Source of the DNA: Chitinophagaceae bacterium
GTDB lineage: Bacteria > Bacteroidota > Bacteroidia > Chitinophagales > Chitinophagaceae
Reading direction: 5' to 3'
Length of the DNA stretch: 64,000 bases
Assembly (NCBI GenBank): GCA_039927535.1
Contig: JBDSUW010000107.1
Coordinates: forward strand, 382-64,381
The notes under the pieces were generated by a model. That model saw nothing but the letters and a program-made list of their open reading frames with translations. It did not search any database and had not been told where the DNA came from. Numbering within the stretch: the stretch's first letter is position 1; every line of letters starts with the position of its first letter. The position numbers and the translations under genes are program-made. Positions 9,486 through 17,604 of the stretch are shown here, in pieces.

Positions 9486-11417
9486 CTATAACCCTACTAC
9501 AGCTTCTTCACCATACATCTGATCTTTAAATTTAAGTGAAGGCGATGCAATAAAACTTCCTAATCCTAATTCATTCCATTTTTGATCTACTGCTTTTATC
9601 GTTTCATCATGGGCTACAATAATGTTAGGCCAATCCCTGTGGAAATCATCAAACTCTTTTGTTTTTCTGGTACCGTCAAAACCCATACAGGCGGAATATA
9701 AGTTGTGAGTTGCGAGCTGTGAGTTGTGAGTTGGTCGTTTACAGAGATAAGAGTCTCTCTTTGGATCCAGGTTATTGCAAAAACGCCAAAGAGCCGTTGT
9801 TAAATCATTTGCATCTAACGTGTGCTCTACATACAAAATCATTTTTATTTCGTTTGGAGAAGCTGATGAGCAAATCTGTTCATGCAACTCCTTAATGTGT
9901 TCTTTTCGATTTTTTTTAACGGAAATGATAAGGCATGGAATCTGTTTTTGTAATAATGAAATATTTACAGAATATATCTCTGGAAATTTTTTTAATGAAT
10001 CAATCTCAAAATGAGTAGCCGTAGGATTTGAGAATAAGTCATCAATTTCTTCTTCAAACTTTGCAGTTCCATCAATGCACATTTTTCCGCCAAAACCCAT
10101 TTTGCTGCAACTATGATCGAGTACATCCATTGGCCCGGTAGAAAAGAAAATATCAGTAGCCGGATTTAAATTTTTAAACACATATTTTGCCAATGAATCA
10201 TAATCCTGAATTATCACCCCTTCATCTGCCATTACCAATATTTTATTAAACATCATCTGGCCTGCACCCCACATCGCATTCATTACCTTTTGTCCCTGAC
10301 CGGCATAATCTTTTTTTATTTTAGTAATAACAAGATTATGAAACACTCCTTCTATCGGCATATCCATATCTAAAATCTCCGGCACCATTGTCATTTTTAT
10401 TGGCGCAAGAAAAATTCGTTCTGTTGCTTTACCGAGCCAGGCATCTTCCTGTGGTGGAATGCCTACAATTGTTGCTGGATAAACTGCATTTTTTTTGTGA
10501 GTAATAGCAGTTATATGAAATCTTGGATACCAATCGGGCAAGGAATAATAACCAGTATGATCTCCAAAAGGCCCTTCCCATATCAATTCATCGTTCGGAT
10601 CTACATAGCCTTCAATTATAAAATCTGCATCAGCCGGAACTTCAACATCAGGTTGTGAGATACATTTGACCAACTCTACTTTCTTTTTTCGCAGAAAACC
10701 TGCCAGCATATACTCATCCACATTTTCAGGAAGTGGAGCTGTGGCCGAATAAGCATACGTCGGATCGCCGCCTAATGCAACTGCAACGGGCATTCGCTTA
10801 TTGAGTTTCTTATATTCTGCGAAATGTTTGGCACTTACTTTATGCTTATGCCAATGCATGCCGGTAAGCGTTGGACCAAAAACCTGCATCCGGTACATAC
10901 CAACGTTTCTTGCATTGTTATTCGGGTCTTTTGTATGAATTATTGGTAAAGTAACGAATGGACCACCATCCTTTGGCCAGCAGGTAATCACTGGTAGTTT
11001 TGTAATGTCCGGATTGGTCATTACAACTTCCTGACACTCTCCTTTGCCACTTTTTACTTTAGGCATCCAGCTTGCAAACTGTCCAAGTTTGGGAAGCAGT
11101 TTTAATTTATCAAGTATTCCTTCTTTTGGGGAAGCCAGCAACTTAAACAGATTTTCAATTTCTTTTGCCACATCATCAAGATGCTCTACACCCAATGCCA
11201 TGCACATTCTCTTTTCACTGCCATAGGCATTCATTAAAACAGGAAAGTCATATCCAGTATTTTCAAAAAGTAAGGCCTTGCCACCATTCCCTGACTTACT
11301 GATACGATCTGTTATCTCCGCTATTTCCAGCTTGGGGTCAACGTACTTTTTTATACGGATCAATTCACCGGCTTTCTCTAATGCGTCTATAAATTGCTGC
11401 TGATTTTTCCAGGCCAT
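9486..11417 (-). CDS. UbiD-family prFMN-dependent decarboxylase (menaquinone biosynthesis type)
   Basis: RNVGMYR, EGPFGDHTGYY, VG.PPQED and GPMDVLDH motifs. ATG at 11417, with a TAtcTTTG promoter motif just upstream. Confidence 0.9.
   Translation of the reverse strand: MAWKNQQQFIDALEKAGELIRIKKYVDPKLEIAEITDRISKSGNGGKALLFENTGYDFPVLMNAYGSEKRMCMALGVEHLDDVAKEIENLFKLLASPKEGILDKLKLLPKLGQFASWMPKVKSGKGECQEVVMTNPDITKLPVITCWPKDGGPFVTLPIIHTKDPNNNARNVGMYRMQVFGPTLTGMHWHKHKVSAKHFAEYKKLNKRMPVAVALGGDPTYAYSATAPLPENVDEYMLAGFLRKKKVELVKCISQPDVEVPADADFIIEGYVDPNDELIWEGPFGDHTGYYSLPDWYPRFHITAITHKKNAVYPATIVGIPPQEDAWLGKATERIFLAPIKMTMVPEILDMDMPIEGVFHNLVITKIKKDYAGQGQKVMNAMWGAGQMMFNKILVMADEGVIIQDYDSLAKYVFKNLNPATDIFFSTGPMDVLDHSCSKMGFGGKMCIDGTAKFEEEIDDLFSNPTATHFEIDSLKKFPEIYSVNISLLQKQIPCLIISVKKNRKEHIKELHEQICSSASPNEIKMILYVEHTLDANDLTTALWRFCNNLDPKRDSYLCKRPTHNSQLATHNLYSACMGFDGTRKTKEFDDFHRDWPNIIVAHDETIKAVDQKWNELGLGSFIASPSLKFKDQMYGEEAVVGL
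9701..9735. repeat. Five-copy heptamer tandem repeat (AGTTGTG) inside the UbiD-family gene
   Basis: AGTTGTG AGTTGCG AGCTGTG AGTTGTG AGTTGGT; the minus strand encodes PTHNSQLATHNL. Confidence 0.85.
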
Positions 11418-11494
11418 AATATACAAATAGATGTTTCAAAGATACAACAGCTTGTAAGAGTAAAAGTTCTGATAATTATTAGACAACTTAAAAC

Positions 11495-12520
11495 TTATTT
11501 CTTAAAAACTCCTGTATAGTTTATTCCTAATCCAGGAGCATCTGAATAACTGATCTTTCCATAATCATAATTTATACCTGTTGCCACATCTTCCTCTAAT
11601 AATAAAGGGCCATCCATATCTACTTGATCAATAAATGGTAATAAATGTGCAATGGCAGATGCTCCAACAGTAGATTCATTCATACAGCCAATCATCACTT
11701 TCATGTCCAGATCTTTGGCTTTATCAATCATTCTGCGAGCAGGAGTAATGCCGCTGCATTTTGTGAGTTTTATATTGATGCCATGAAAATGATTGTGGCA
11801 TCTTTCAACGTCACTTTCTACAACACAAGATTCATCTGCATATAATGGAAGTGTTGATGCTTTGTATAATATTTTCATCCCTTCCCAATCATCTTTCGCC
11901 AATGGTTGTTCGACAAGTTCCACACCAAGTTTATCCAACTCCGGAATAATTTTTACTGCTGTTTCTAAATCCCAGGCAGCATTTGCATCTACCCGTAACA
12001 ACGCATCTGTATTTTCCCGTAATGCTTTTACAATGGCAATATCATCTGCAGTCCCTACTTTGATTTTATAGATTGGCCATGGTTTTTCTTTCAACTTCTC
12101 CACCATTTTTTCAACTGTATCAATACCTATTGTATAATCGCAAATTGGATTTTTTGAAATATCGCCTTTCCATAAGTCATACAATTTTTTTCCTCTCATT
12201 TTTCCATACAAATCCCAGGCAGCTATATCTAATGCACATACTAAGAAATTATTATTGGGTAGTAAATGATGCAAGTAGTGCCAATAGCGTTCAGGATCGG
12301 TGAAGGCAAATTTTTCGATAAATTGTTTTTTTTGTTCCAGGTCTTCAATCATTTTCTCTACCGGAATATTATAATAAGCTATTGCTGATGCTTCGCCATA
12401 ACCTCTTATTCCAAAATGCTCTAACTCTACAATCAAGGTTGGTTGATGCGTTTTTGTTCCTTTAGAAATAGTAAAAGGGTGACGAAACTTTAAATTATGT
12501 TGCCAGTAATGAACTTTCAT
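11495..12520 (-). CDS. Dipeptide epimerase (L-Ala-D/L-Glu epimerase, enolase superfamily)
   Basis: KIK, RVDAN, EQP, ADES, NIKLTK, GCM and DMD motifs. Confidence 0.9.
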   Translation of the reverse strand: MKVHYWQHNLKFRHPFTISKGTKTHQPTLIVELEHFGIRGYGEASAIAYYNIPVEKMIEDLEQKKQFIEKFAFTDPERYWHYLHHLLPNNNFLVCALDIAAWDLYGKMRGKKLYDLWKGDISKNPICDYTIGIDTVEKMVEKLKEKPWPIYKIKVGTADDIAIVKALRENTDALLRVDANAAWDLETAVKIIPELDKLGVELVEQPLAKDDWEGMKILYKASTLPLYADESCVVESDVERCHNHFHGINIKLTKCSGITPARRMIDKAKDLDMKVMIGCMNESTVGASAIAHLLPFIDQVDMDGPLLLEEDVATGINYDYGKISYSDAPGLGINYTGVFKK

Positions 12521-12578
12521 GATCTACTATAATTAAAAATATTTGCTATAAAGTTATACGATTGGATGTTTATAAATT

Positions 12579-15275
12579 TCAACGTCTGCTGTTAGTAATA
12601 TAATCTTTCAATTCCTCATTAAATTCTTTTTCTTTTATCAGGTCTTCCAATGAAATATGCATCCGGTAGTGCCAGTATTGGTTTGGATTAGCCGGATTAT
12701 TAATTCTTTCATCCTGCGGATTTTCTCTTCTTAGTTTTTCACTCATACCTAATAAGTCCTGTAATTGAAAAATACTCCACATGGCCGGAGAATATAAATG
12801 TTGCAATACAATTGCTCTGCTTATCCATGCTTCGCATTGCTGCGGTGCATTGCCCCACTGCCCCATTTCGTTGTTATAAAATCGTTGTGTACGTTCTGCA
12901 TCTTCCTGCCACCAGGCTCTCACCGTACTCATATCATGTGTAGACGGTGTAATTACAGATAAGTATGGTGCATCATTCGGATGGAAAAATTCTTTGTCAA
13001 CCTTTTTAGGCATCCGTTGAATCTCCAGACTAAGAATGCCCAGTTGTGCCATTACATCCGGTACACAAGCAGGCACCATTCCCAAATCTTCTCCACAAAC
13101 TAGCATATTGGTGGAAGCTTTTAACTGTGGCAACTTACTCATTGCTTCTTTTCTCCAACATTCATCTTGTCTTTGATAAAAATAATTTATATACAACTCC
13201 TTTATCTTATCTCTTACAGGAGGCATAAGGTTCTCAAACGAAGACGTTTTTTCCATCGCAATTCGAAAATGAAACTTCATACCATTAGCATCTTCTTCTT
13301 CGAACAGAATCACATTTGAAATCAGGTCGAATAAACCCATTTTCAATTTTTCATTCTCTTCCGTCAATTCAATATTTTTAAAATATTCCTGAACCTCTCG
13401 TTGTGTTTCAAATGCCGGAGCAAGATCATAACAATCAAATTCCTTTTCTAGTAAGAAGTCTATCTTTATTTTTTCAGCGTTTTCACCAAACACATCCTTC
13501 AGAATTCCATCAGTAATAAATGGCCGGCAATAACGCTGATAATCGAACCAAATTCCTTTTTCTCCAAACTCATTAATGTGAATTGGAATGCAGGGAACAA
13601 AGCGACCAAGAATTCCTTGCACCGCAACATCTGGAATACTCCATATTCTGAAAAAACCTAGTATATGGTCTATACGAAATGCATCAAAATAATTATTCAT
13701 TTGGGCAAAACGGCAGCGCCACCAATAGAACCCATCTTCCTGCATCTTTTTCCAGTTATACGTTGGGAAACCCCAGTTCTGGCCAACAATTGCAAAATCG
13801 TCTGGCGGTGCTCCAGCCTGCCATTCCATATTATACATTTCAGGAGATTCCCATGCATCGCAACTATTTCTCGATATCCCAATTGGAATATCTCCTTTTA
13901 CTATAACGCCTTTTTTGTGAGCATACTCCGTTGCTTCTTTTAACTGAAGTTGAAGATGAAACTGAACAAAATAATAAAACCTGATTTCATTACTGGCAAT
14001 AGATTTTGGAGATAACAATCTTGCAATTGAAGATTTTCTATATACTGCATTTGTTTTCCACTTAGAAAATTCTGCCGTACCATGTTTATCTCTTAAATAA
14101 CTAAAGGCTGCATAGGTTTCAAGCCATTGTTTATTTGCTTCAAAAAAAGTATTGAAATCTTCGGATATTAAACAATCATCCCCCATCACAAGATAAAGTT
14201 CCCGCAGCACAGAAAGCTTGAACTTCAATACTTCCTCATAATCTATTACTTCAAGTTCATTCAATTGTTTTTGTTTCTTTTTAAGTGATAACAATTGACT
14301 GGCAAATTCCTTTCCTGCAACTTTTTTTACATTGACATATAGTGGATGTAAGGCAAAAGCAGATATGGCTGAATAAGGATACGAGTCCTTCCAGCTATTA
14401 TCCGTTATTGTATCATTAACCGGAAGCAATTGTATAAGTTTCAAACCTGATTTTACAGTCCAATCAACGAGCAATTGTATATCAGAAAACTCTCCAACTC
14501 CAAAACTATTATTACTCCTAAGACTAAAAACAGGAATTGAAACACCAGCTCCTTTCCAAGTATTATTTGGAGAACGAGTAAATCCGTCATGGACTATCGT
14601 AACATTTTTCTTTCCCGTATCGATGTATAAAAGCCGGTTATTTCCACCTTCAAAATCAATAAATGATTTTTCATTGATATCAAAGATTCCGTACTTGTAA
14701 GCGATTGGAAAAGCGGCATCAGAAAGATCAAGTTTAATCATCCACCAATCTTCATTTTTTGAAAGCAAAAACGGCTTGTTCGTTGACCATTCAGATAATT
14801 TTTCATCTGATCCAATCAGACATACTAATTCGTTCTTTTTAATCAGCGGAGCCTTTACTTTGAAAACATGGGAAAAGATTTTATCATCCTGTTTTCTTGT
14901 TTTAGGAACATTGTTATTCAACAACACATTCTTAAACGGTGTTGTTAAAAAAGCATTTTCAAATTCACCTGAATAGTTCCAGGTATCTACCAATCGAATG
15001 TTTTCAGTTTCTTTTTTAAAGAAATCTATTTGCCTGTCATTACAGGCCTCCACCAAACGATTTCCGTCCTCTCGTTGCAACATGTATTTATAGGTGACGC
15101 CTTTTTTAAATTGTTTCTTTTTTACGTTAATTGTTGCAGTCCAAAATTCGCTATTCAGGTATTCCAGGGCCAAAGCTTTTGCCGGGTCATTATCGCCCAA
15201 TTCTTCTGCAGTGCCATAAATAAATAAGCTTTCGCCAAATTTTGTATGAAATCGTAAATTAAATTGGATCGTCAT
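12579..15275 (-). CDS. malQ: 4-alpha-glucanotransferase (GH77, DPE2-like, two N-terminal CBM20-like domains)
   Basis: KGDIPIG, GAPPD, GQNWGFP, RIDHILGF, GEDLG and STHD motifs. Confidence 0.9.
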   Translation of the reverse strand: MTIQFNLRFHTKFGESLFIYGTAEELGDNDPAKALALEYLNSEFWTATINVKKKQFKKGVTYKYMLQREDGNRLVEACNDRQIDFFKKETENIRLVDTWNYSGEFENAFLTTPFKNVLLNNNVPKTRKQDDKIFSHVFKVKAPLIKKNELVCLIGSDEKLSEWSTNKPFLLSKNEDWWMIKLDLSDAAFPIAYKYGIFDINEKSFIDFEGGNNRLLYIDTGKKNVTIVHDGFTRSPNNTWKGAGVSIPVFSLRSNNSFGVGEFSDIQLLVDWTVKSGLKLIQLLPVNDTITDNSWKDSYPYSAISAFALHPLYVNVKKVAGKEFASQLLSLKKKQKQLNELEVIDYEEVLKFKLSVLRELYLVMGDDCLISEDFNTFFEANKQWLETYAAFSYLRDKHGTAEFSKWKTNAVYRKSSIARLLSPKSIASNEIRFYYFVQFHLQLQLKEATEYAHKKGVIVKGDIPIGISRNSCDAWESPEMYNMEWQAGAPPDDFAIVGQNWGFPTYNWKKMQEDGFYWWRCRFAQMNNYFDAFRIDHILGFFRIWSIPDVAVQGILGRFVPCIPIHINEFGEKGIWFDYQRYCRPFITDGILKDVFGENAEKIKIDFLLEKEFDCYDLAPAFETQREVQEYFKNIELTEENEKLKMGLFDLISNVILFEEEDANGMKFHFRIAMEKTSSFENLMPPVRDKIKELYINYFYQRQDECWRKEAMSKLPQLKASTNMLVCGEDLGMVPACVPDVMAQLGILSLEIQRMPKKVDKEFFHPNDAPYLSVITPSTHDMSTVRAWWQEDAERTQRFYNNEMGQWGNAPQQCEAWISRAIVLQHLYSPAMWSIFQLQDLLGMSEKLRRENPQDERINNPANPNQYWHYRMHISLEDLIKEKEFNEELKDYITNSRR

Positions 15276-15394
15276 TGTAATTATATTCTTATTAATTAAA
15301 TCCTTATCCTGCGAATACTTTCCACGAAAGTAAAAAAACCGGTTAGGATTATATTTTATTTAGCTAAACTTGCTAATAATAAACAAGCAATGCA

Positions 15395-15913
15395 ATGATA
15401 CTTAATTACAAACATTGGAGGACCCTTTTTCTGTTATGTCTAGGAATTTTCGCTGGATCTGCCTTCTGCATGAAATGGATGGAATCGGATTTTTTGCATA
15501 ATAGAAAACTCTTTACAATTATTGGTCTTGAAATAACATACTCAAAAGAAAAGATAATTGAAATTTTTGCTGGCATAACACCCGCCGTAAAATCAGTAGT
15601 AGGCTATCATCTGGCTTTCGACTTTGCATTTATGGCAGGTGTATATCCAGGCATAGCAGCATTGTGTATGATGGCGAGGGAAAAAAGGAGGAATAAGCTA
15701 ATAAGAAGAGTATTATTGTTTGCCGCGTTGCTACAGGTAATAGCTTTTGGATGCGATATAATTGAGAATATGTATTTATTAAACTGGCTCCATTCTCCTG
15801 TAATTGGAAATGAATTTACTTTCTTCCACTGGGTAGTAGCCATTAAATGGCTGTTGGCAATCTCAGGGGCATCAATCGCCATTCCGTTGGTTTTTAAAAA
15901 AAGGAAAATATAA
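15395..15913 (+). CDS. Hypothetical membrane protein
   Basis: 172-aa ORF with four hydrophobic segments and a D..EN motif. Confidence 0.7.
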   Translation: MILNYKHWRTLFLLCLGIFAGSAFCMKWMESDFLHNRKLFTIIGLEITYSKEKIIEIFAGITPAVKSVVGYHLAFDFAFMAGVYPGIAALCMMAREKRRNKLIRRVLLFAALLQVIAFGCDIIENMYLLNWLHSPVIGNEFTFFHWVVAIKWLLAISGASIAIPLVFKKRKI

Positions 15914-15966
15914 ATCGTATTTTTTGATTTAGACTTTCCACCTTATTTTTGTGCCAAATCAATAGC

Positions 15967-16122
15967 ATGGAACAAGCAAAAAGTTATAAAGGCATTTGGT
16001 GGTTGGTGTTTTTTCTTTCAACAGCGGCGTTGATATTTGCAATTATCACACATTGGGAGTGGCTTACGTTGATACTTCCTTTTCAAACCACCGCTTTCGT
16101 AAAGGCGATGGACTTAATGTAA
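15967..16122 (+). CDS. Small (51-aa) two-TM membrane protein, not in the ORF track
   Basis: MEQAKSYKGIWWLVFFLSTAALIFAIITHWEWLTLILPFQTTAFVKAMDLM. TAttTTTG motif upstream and a terminator downstream. Confidence 0.7.
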   Translation: MEQAKSYKGIWWLVFFLSTAALIFAIITHWEWLTLILPFQTTAFVKAMDLM

Positions 16123-16152
16123 TTAATCATTTTCTGTTAATAAGATATTTCG

Positions 16153-16179
16153 TAGCTCCTTAAAAAAGGAGCTATTTTT
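16153..16179 (+). terminator. Intrinsic terminator
   Basis: TAGCTCCTT-AAAA-AAGGAGCTA followed by a T tract. Confidence 0.75.
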
Positions 16180-16227
16180 ACTTCAAGACAGTTTTGAATT
16201 TATAATAGCAACTAAAACAAACCCAAA

Positions 16228-16638
16228 ATGAAAAAAATAATCTACCTTTTGTTATCCGCTTTAATTATCATTTCTTCCACACAGACGGCTGCTGCTGCTG
16301 TTATTATTCCTGTTAAAAATAACAGTACTACTCCCGATTCTATTACTGTAAATAATGCCGTTAATGCCTTTCGGAACCTGCCTAAAAATGAAAGAAAAGC
16401 AAAAATCAAAGAAGTAAAAAAAGAGATCAAAGCCTTTAAGGCCGCTAAAAAAGCGAATGGTGAACCAAGTACCAATACATTATTGCTTGTGATTCTGGCT
16501 ATATTACTTCCCCCATTGGCCGTCTATCTACATGAGGGAGAAATCAATAACAAATTCTGGATAAGCCTTGTGCTTACATTGTTGTTTTGGCTTCCCGGAG
16601 TAATTTATGCGCTGATTGTTGTTTTAGGAAAGGACTAA
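16228..16638 (+). CDS. YqaE/Pmp3 family membrane protein with N-terminal extension
   Basis: C-terminal ILAILLPPLAVYL...LTLLFWLPGVIYAL signature. Confidence 0.85.
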   Translation: MKKIIYLLLSALIIISSTQTAAAAVIIPVKNNSTTPDSITVNNAVNAFRNLPKNERKAKIKEVKKEIKAFKAAKKANGEPSTNTLLLVILAILLPPLAVYLHEGEINNKFWISLVLTLLFWLPGVIYALIVVLGKD

Positions 16639-16675
16639 GTAACAGCAGTATTAACCAACATATAGTCTATAAATA

Positions 16676-16708
16676 AAGAATGTCCTGTAACAATTACAGG
16701 ACATTCTT
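16676..16708. terminator. Bidirectional intrinsic terminator
   Basis: 15-bp stem AAGAATGTCCTGTAA-CAA-TTACAGGACATTCTT between convergent genes. Confidence 0.85.
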
Positions 16709-16727
16709 ATATAAGTTGTTGCAGAAT

Positions 16728-17072
16728 TTATTTTACTGAATCAACAAGGCTTTTGAATGTTTCGGGATTGTTCATCGCCAGATCCGCCAATATTTTACGA
16801 TCTAACTCAATACCTTTCTTCTGAATTTTGTTGATGAACTCAGAATAGGTCATACCTTCTGCACGAACGGCCGCATTGATACGGGCAATCCATAATGAAC
16901 GGTATTCTCTTTTCTTCAGCTTACGGCCTACAAACATGTAGGTCATACCTTTCTCTACTACGTTTTTAGCAACCGTTAATACATTTTTACGTTTGCCATA
17001 GAAACCTTTGGCTTGTTTTAATATTTTTTTGCGGCGGGCTTTAGAGGCCACTGCATTTTTTGAACGAGGCAT
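16728..17072 (-). CDS. rplT: 50S ribosomal protein L20
   Basis: [10 protein letters not shown]...LWIARINAA...[10 protein letters not shown]. Confidence 0.98.
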   Translation of the reverse strand: MPRSKNAVASKARRKKILKQAKGFYGKRKNVLTVAKNVVEKGMTYMFVGRKLKKREYRSLWIARINAAVRAEGMTYSEFINKIQKKGIELDRKILADLAMNNPETFKSLVDSVK

Positions 17073-17114
17073 ATCTTAATTATTTTAGATTTATGATTTT
17101 AATTGAACAAGCTT

Positions 17115-17174
17115 CGAGTTTAGAGTGACGAGTTGTGAGAGTAAGTCTCGTAACTCATAGCTCACTACTCGTGG
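17115..17174. repeat. Inverted heptamer arrays (4 x GAG-N4 / 4 x CTC-N4) between rpmI and rplT
   Basis: GAG at 17116/17123/17130/17137 and CTC at 17147/17154/17161/17168. Confidence 0.8.
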
Positions 17175-17175
17175 C

Positions 17176-17373
17176 TTATTTCAGACGTAATAACCTTTTT
17201 ACAAAATCAACATGTGATTTTGCAACAGTTCCGTCTAGTCTCATGTTACGTTTACGTTTTTTGGATTTCTTCGTCAGGATGTGACGTTTGAAAGCTTTCT
17301 GATGCATGATCTTTCCGGTGCCGGTCACTTTAAAGCGTTTTTTGGCACTGGAATTTGTTTTTACTTTAGGCAT
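17176..17373 (-). CDS. rpmI: 50S ribosomal protein L35
   Basis: [22 protein letters not shown]...HILTKK. Confidence 0.98.
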   Translation of the reverse strand: MPKVKTNSSAKKRFKVTGTGKIMHQKAFKRHILTKKSKKRKRNMRLDGTVAKSHVDFVKRLLRLK

Positions 17374-17510
17374 TTTACCAAGTATTTAATATTACATCTT
17401 TGAGGCATTCTCCACAGGGAGACCTTTGTCGAACCTCTTTAGATAATCTGTTCTAATTAAGAACTACCGAATTCCTTTAGCAAAGCTTCGATTTTCGGAT
17501 TGCAAAGATA
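17374..17510 (-). promoter_or_regulatory. rpmI-rplT promoter (-7 TATCTTTG at 17510-17503) and structured ~125-nt leader
   Basis: Consensus Bacteroidota -7 box, followed by three hairpins before the ATG. Confidence 0.6.
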
Positions 17511-17604
17511 AGGGTGAAATGTGAACAGGCAAAGCCTGATAAAAAAGAAAAAAAGGCACCCACTTAGATGCCCTTTTCTTTATTTATTTTAAGTGCCCTG
17601 AATA

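Noticed and set aside
11495-12520. MenC (OSB synthase) call because of the neighbouring menaquinone-type decarboxylase
   Set aside because: The F.IS.G cap and the GCM and DMD motifs fit dipeptide epimerases better.
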